DNA from: Vitrella brassicaformis CCMP3155
Taxonomy: Eukaryota > Protista > Chromerida
Assembly (NCBI GenBank): GCA_001179505.1
Contig: CDMY01000447.1
Span: 310,001-374,000, forward strand
Length of the DNA: 64,000 bases
Reading direction: 5' to 3'
This document shows, one piece after another, positions 58,012 to 64,000 of this stretch (the stretch's first letter is position 1; every line of letters begins with the position of its first letter). The notes under the pieces were generated by a model. The model was not told the DNA's origin, ran no database searches, and was given only the letters and a program-made list of their open reading frames with translations. Made by a program: the position numbers and the translations under genes.

Positions 58012-60893
58012 ATGCCCGCTTCACGGCAGTGCCGCACGGAAGATCCGCCTTGTAGATCATTTTCAACGCAGGCTCATTCCCTCTCTTTCCGGCTTCTGTT
58101 GACAGCCTTATCCTCTCTTGCGGCGGCCCTTCTGTCCACCTGCATCATACCTGCCGCTGCTGAGTCGTCCGCCGAGCTGCCGCTGTCCATGTTTGGCGGA
58201 CGAGGTGATCTTCTTGAGAGGCGAGCGCATCAGCAATGGTCAGCCAATGAGGATGACGAGTGTTACTCGTGGAGGAGGAGACCGCGGCGGCGAGGGCGAG
58301 TGCAGCGTCCTCCCTACCCCTCTGCCCTTCCTGCGTTCCTCTCCTCCCCCCGTGCATTCAGCCTTGTCCGCCCAGCACGGCCACGACAGCGACCACGGCC
58401 ACTCATCCGAATCAAATGGCAACAGGTCGGCCCCTTCACCCTTCTCGTCCTCCCTCCTGATGACCAACAACAGGCGACAATCGTGGGTGCGAATGCCGAC
58501 GACCCGGCCGTTCCTGCCGACTTTGTCCGTCCGGAGAACTGGACCCGCTACCAGCGATACAAGAGCAAGCGGACCAACATGTCACCAGAGGGGCGGGCGA
58601 GGTGTGCGGAGGGCGCGCGGAAGGCCCACGCGATAATGCGTCAACGGGGTCATCCGCACAAGGGCAGGAGGCACTCGGAGGAGACCAAGCGGAAGATGAG
58701 CATATCCTCCAAGGGGGCTGTGCCGTGGAACAAGGGCATCTCCTACAAGGAGAGGGACGCACACAAACCGCCGGAGAACAGAACCAACGAGCGCATACGA
58801 GCTAAGTGAGTCAGTGAGTGGGCGTCAATCGTCACACACACACCTGACTGAAAACATGAGCGCACACCACACTACACCCACTGTGCAGTGCAGAAGGAGC
58901 TGTGTCTGTCTGTCCGTCCGTCCGTCCGTCAGGTTGCTAGCGAGCCACCGTGCCAGGGACGAGGCCAAGGCCGCGTCGCTCAACATGACCTACGACGAGT
59001 ACAAGCAGCACAAGGTGGACAAGCAGCGGGAGTACAAGCGCATCAGGGGCAGGCTGCACAGGGCCCGCAAGCTGTTGGCGGAGCGGGACAAGCTGGGCCT
59101 GCCCCCGGTGGATGAGGGGGAGCTGGACGAGCTGCTCACCAACATGGGCCTGATGGACCTCAAAGCTGAGGTGCTACAGTACCAACGCACTCAGACGACC
59201 GCCACGGTCAGCCAGCGGTGGGACAGTACAGTGGACCACACACACACACACGTCTGTGTGTGTGTGTGTGCGTGTGTGTGTGTGGCGTGTTGTGTTTATT
59301 TATCAGCGTAAGGGCTACTCTGATGAGGCCCGTGTGCGTATGAGTGCCAAGATGAAGGCGCGGTGGGCGGACCCAGAGTACAAGGAAACCGTATCGCAGA
59401 GAATCCTACAGGCAAGTCAAGTCAGTCGCCACACCAAACTCACATACACCACAACCAGAACAAGGGGAGTCGATTCGATGTGATGTGTGTGTATGCTGGC
59501 TGTGTGTGTACCTGGCCTGCCCGGGTCGGTATGTGGGTGCAGGGTGCGCAGCGGACAGCCAACAGGGAGCTCTGCAGTGTCAAGAAGAAAGAACTGGTGA
59601 GTGAGTAAGTGGAGAGACAGGCTGGCTGGCATACGCACCCACACCAACCAACCAACCAACGAACGAACCAAGAACACCCACCCTTATGTCACTTCCCGTC
59701 TGTCTGTCTGTCTGTTCCTTCTCAGTGGGCAGACGAGCAGTACAGGTGCGTTGCGTTGCGTGCGGCCGCCAATGCATTGCCTCCACCCATCACATCCCCT
59801 CCCCTCCCTCCCTCCACTCACTCACCCAATGGGTGCCTGGCATGGCCTGGCATGCTGCTGTGTCTGCTAATTCACCTCACAGGTCCCAGATGAATCAGCA
59901 GCGAGCGGAGCGTTTCGCCGACCCCGCCTACCGTGAGTGGTGGAGCCGCCGGGTGCGGGCCACCTGGAGCGACCCCGTCAAGCGCGCAAACATCCTGGCG
60001 AGGCAGCGGGCCCGCATGGACCAGTGGTACGCCGACCACGGCATGGACGCCGACGTCATGAAGGGCATCCCCTACAACATCAGGAGACAGATCTACAAAC
60101 AGGTCGGGGCGGTGCGGTGCAGCAGAGCAGAGGTGGTCACACACGTCAGACGGGATGGATGGATGGACAACTGTGTGTGTGTGTGTGTGTGTGTTTAGTT
60201 GGGAGTGAACAGCGGCTTTGTGAGTCGGTCTGCGGACGAGAGGGAGGCCATGGTTCGCAAGATCAAGGCCCTCTTCGCAAATCCGCACTTCCTCGCAAAG
60301 GTCTGCTCTTCTTGGACACAAACTTGACAGTGGCCGTGATGCGATGTGTCAACACGCCTTTCTCTCTCGCTGTCTGTCTGTCTCTCTGTCTCTCTGTGTG
60401 TGTCCTGCATGTATGTCTAGGCTAAGGTGAGGCGTCGTTCGCCGTCGGCCGGGACGCGCCGGAAGAAGGAGGACGAGGAGAAGGAGGTGAGTTGTCGACA
60501 GACACCACGACCCGCACACAAAAGGGCCTGCCTTTTATCGTGTGTGGCTGTATGTGTTTGTCTGGTGCCGTCGGTGCAGCGCCAAGAGGCCTACTGGTCA
60601 CGGGTGTACGGGGCCATCATTTACGAGGCACAGCAGGTGCGCCACCTGACCTGCATGAGATCGATCAACACAACACCGCCATACAGTACACACATGCATG
60701 CTGTCCTGTCTGTCTGCCTGCCCCACTCCCACAGAAGGAGGCCAACGGCCATGGCGTCGGTGTAGTCTACGCGGATCTGCTCTCTGTCAATGAGGCCGGT
60801 GCTGGTGCCAGAGACAGCGCTCGCGGTGGGGCTGCGGGTGAGGGGAAGGGCGAGCCTCTCGTGGTCCGATATCAGCCAAAGCCGAGACGGTGA
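58012..60893 (+). CDS. NUMOD3 (IENR2) motif protein with W/F-x-D/N-P repeats and signal/transit-like leader; no nuclease domain seen
   Basis: KGRRHSEETKRKMSISSKGAVPWNKG is a NUMOD3 motif. Repeats KARWADPEYKE, WADEQYR, RFADPAYRE, ATWSDPVKR, ALFANPHF. Multi-exon. Confidence 0.8.
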
Positions 60894-61826
60894 ATGACTG
60901 AATGAATGAATGAGTCAGGCAGGCAAGGGTCTGTCTGGGGAGGGAGGGAGGGAGGGTGGTTGGGGAGGTCGGTTGATGGATGGACTAACGTGTGTGTTTG
61001 GTTGGTAAATACAGTAGGGAGGGAGGGAGGGAGGGAGGGAGAGGGAAGGTGTGCAGTGCAATGCAATGCAGTCAACGATCCGATCCACACACGTGGGTGG
61101 ACTGCAGTGACTGCAGTGAGGGAGTGCATTGGAGAGGTGTTCGCAATGCACGGTGCTTCCTCACAGAGCACTCTTGTGTCATGGCATGGGCCGGGGGAGT
61201 GATTGACTGATCTGCAGGTGTCATCAGAATCGTCACGTCAGTCGGTCACAGCCGTCGGTATCCACACCACACCACACCACACCCACCACACATGGAACAA
61301 ACAAGGGTCTTGTTTGTAGGCCGCCCAAAACTGACTGACTGACAGGCACATCGATGCTCACACGCACACACACACACACAGCAGCTGACTGTTGTCATGC
61401 TCACGCTACGGTCACGCTCACGCCCATGCACACCACACACGAAGCAATCAACAAACTCATGCAGACAGACAGACAGACAGACATGGCACAGCGGGGAGCC
61501 TTGCCTTGCCTTTCCTTGCCTGCCAGTCGGCCAGGCAGACACACGCTGGACGCCCGACTGCCTGGCCCACTGGCTGCAGCACGCATCACTCGATCCTCAA
61601 TAGACACGTCAGTCACGTGTGCCTCGATGGGCGGATGGATGGTCTCACTCACAGGCGGACACATCGATATCTATCAGACACACCCAGACAGTGGCAGACA
61701 GACAGACAGGCTGCCAGCCAGCAATCTTCCAGTCAGCTCCATGATCCGCCTTCAGGCTTAAAGCGAGCCGCGCACACAACCAAACGAAGAACCAGGGTGG
61801 CCGGGCGGGTCGGCCAGCAGCCAGTG

Positions 61827-64000
61827 TCATGATGCTGCGCCCTTGCTGATGCGCTGTTAGCCACATTCACGCACACACACACGCACACACACACACACAC
61901 ACATGGAGAGAGAAGGAAAAGTGTGAGGATCCTCTGTTGTCAGAGTGAGTGAGTGGGTGTGTGTGCATACCTCTTGCCACCAGGGCTGCTCCTTGGCACC
62001 TCCCCGCCGACCCTTCTCGTTCTCCTGCTCCAAACTGAGAGACAGAGGAGAGGGAGGGACGGCAAAGACACACAACCGGTTGCTGGGCCTCCCCCCCTCT
62101 CTCTCTCTGTGTCTGTGTGTGTGTGTGTGTGTGTGGGTATGGCGCTTTACGTGTCGAATTGCTGGATAAGTTCTCTCTGTGTGGTGTTGAGTTTGCCGGG
62201 CATCTGGAGGTAGAAGTGGAGAATCAAGTGACCGTAACCGCGACCATCAGTGCGACGGGGGCCCTGCCACAAACACACACACACACACAGACACACACAG
62301 ACACACACACAGACACAGCGAGAGAAATGAAGGTGATGTCTTCGGTTGGTGATCTGCCCACCTTACCTTTCCCTTGAGGATTTTGACGGTATCGGGTGAG
62401 GTGCCTGGTGGCACGGTGAGTTTGATGGGCTCCTGCAGGGTGGGCACCTCCACCTCACCACCGAGGAACGACTAACACACACACCGACCGACCGACCGAC
62501 CGACCGACAGACAGAGAGGGAGAGAATCCGGCAGATGCATCCGTCGTGCAGGCACAGAAGCACAGCCACCCCATCCGCACTAACTAACCTGTTTGAGTGA
62601 GATGGGCACGTTGACGTGAATGTCATCGTCGAGCCACCGGAACAGGGGATGTGCCCGCACCTTGATCGTCACAAACAAGTGGCCGGGCTTGCCGCCGTGC
62701 TCACCCGCATGACCCTGGTCATGCCACACAGGCACACAGGCAGGCAGGCAGGCAGGCAGGAGGACACAAGAAACACACACACACACATATGGACACTGAC
62801 TGAACAGTGATTCACATCACTCCTTCCTACGGCGTTGGGTATCCGCATTTCCATGCCGGATTTGACCCCTGCGGGGATGTCAAGGGTGAAGGTCTTGCTC
62901 TCCAAGACCGTCCCGCTGCCCTTGCAAGTCCTGCAAACACACACATTGAGACAGACACAGATTCGATCCACTCTGGTCTGGCTGGCTGGGTGTGGTGTGT
63001 GGTGGTCTCAGTCCGTCCGTGGCTGACTGACTGACTTGCAGGGGTGTTTGATGACCCTGCCGGTGCCGTTGCAGGTCTGGCATGGGATGCCGATGGTGAG
63101 CGGCCCCCTCTCCAGCCGTCGCACCCCCTGCCCGTTGCACGCGCGGCACGTCTCCAGACCCGTACCTGGCGCACATCCGGTGCCATTGCACGTGCCGCAC
63201 TGAGCCTTGGCCTGATATCGGAGCGTCTGATGGACGGACGGACCAAGGGAGAGACAGGGAGGGAAGGATCACGAGAATGAATGGTTCGGGTGGTGGTTGT
63301 CTGTCTGTCTGTCTGTCTGTGACGTCCGCACCTTGTCGCATCCGTTGATGCCCTCCATGAAGTCGATGGTCACCTCAGTCTGGATGTCCTCTCCCCTCGA
63401 CGCTTGAGCGAACCCAGAGAAAGCGCTGCCCATCCTCCCTGACACACACACAGACAGACAGACAGACAGACAGACATGTCAGCCCAGCCGAGCCCACACC
63501 GCACAAGCAGGTCAGTGCACACCACACGCGTCATGTCATGCTGGCTGTGTGCACACCAAAGATCCACACCGACCGACCGAATATGTTGGCGAAGTCAGAG
63601 AACATCCAGGAGGGGTCGCCGTGAAAGCCCTCAAAACCCCCCGCACCCGGCGCACCATGACCCGCCTCGTCAGCCGACATGCCTGGACGCACGGCACGGA
63701 TCACATGGATGGATCAATCCAATCGCCACACACTCAGCCCTGCCATGCCGTGGTTGTGGTTGTGCAGGCCTGTTGCAGGCCGTGCTGCCCGCCCGCCCAC
63801 CTGTCTTGTCGTAGAAATCTCTCTTCTTGGGATCTGACAACATCTCGTAGGCACTGCACACACACACACAGACAGACATACAGGCATCCACTGCGGCAGA
63901 CACCCGCCCGCCCCTCGTGTACCCCCACCTGGTGATTTCTGCCATTTTCTGCTGAGAGCCCTCGTCTTTGTTGATGTCGGGGTGGTACTTCTTGGCCAGA
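61827..64000 (-). CDS. dnaJ: Type I DnaJ/Hsp40 chaperone (organellar DnaJ-like), 5' end outside window
   Basis: J-domain LAKKYHPD...[17 protein letters not shown]-rich region, four CxxCxGxG repeats ([32 protein letters not shown]), [27 protein letters not shown]. Confidence 0.95.

Noticed and set aside
57950-58013. C/D-box-like pattern (ATGATGA ... TGATGA ... CTGA) upstream of RPS2
   Set aside because: Terminal stem is only ~2 bp, I recognised no rRNA-complementary guide, it lies in a promoter spacer overlapping the next ATG, and it is antisense to RPS2.
1-64000. CRISPR arrays, rRNA, tRNA, transposase/retroelement ORFs, prokaryotic operons
   Set aside because: None seen. Repeats are simple microsatellites, and nearly all long ORF-track entries are either exons of spliced host genes or GC-rich antisense/off-frame shadows.

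Overview
Eukaryotic nuclear DNA, GC-rich and gene-dense. Genes carry many short (~80-130 nt) introns filled with AC/GT, ACAG/CTGT and TCCA/TGGA microsatellites. Intron style, bipartite plastid-targeting leaders and the F-box gene type suggest a chromerid alveolate such as Vitrella brassicaformis (inference, not verified). About 20 protein genes were reconstructed by manual splicing, in order: a large low-complexity protein (5' partial), a C2H2-finger membrane protein, a His-Me-finger (homing-endonuclease-like) protein, a coiled-coil protein, an SNM1B/Apollo-like nuclease, a second coiled-coil protein, plastid-type TruA, a plastid-type membrane protein, a histidine acid phosphatase, EXO1, AP-1 sigma, a divergent tail-anchored septin, a small membrane protein, a vacuolar-sorting-receptor-like protein, a hypothetical protein, an F-box protein, PIG-C, RPS2, a NUMOD3-repeat protein, and a type I DnaJ (5' partial). 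There are two 300-N placeholder gaps. I found no rRNA, tRNA, CRISPR array or intact transposon. The strongest leads are: (1) a septin with degenerate G3/SUE motifs and a C-terminal membrane anchor; (2) two spliced nuclear genes built from nuclease-dead homing-endonuclease modules (His-Me finger; NUMOD3); (3) a 113-nt hairpin whose G:U pairs work only on the + strand; (4) introns with complementary AC-rich 5' and GT-rich 3' halves; (5) a zinc ribbon fused to PIG-C; (6) three SHIP-box-like motifs in EXO1; (7) an HD-to-HY change in the acid phosphatase; (8) a 1-nt frameshift in the VSR gene. All exon structures are hand-inferred, and boundaries of the low-complexity genes are approximate.
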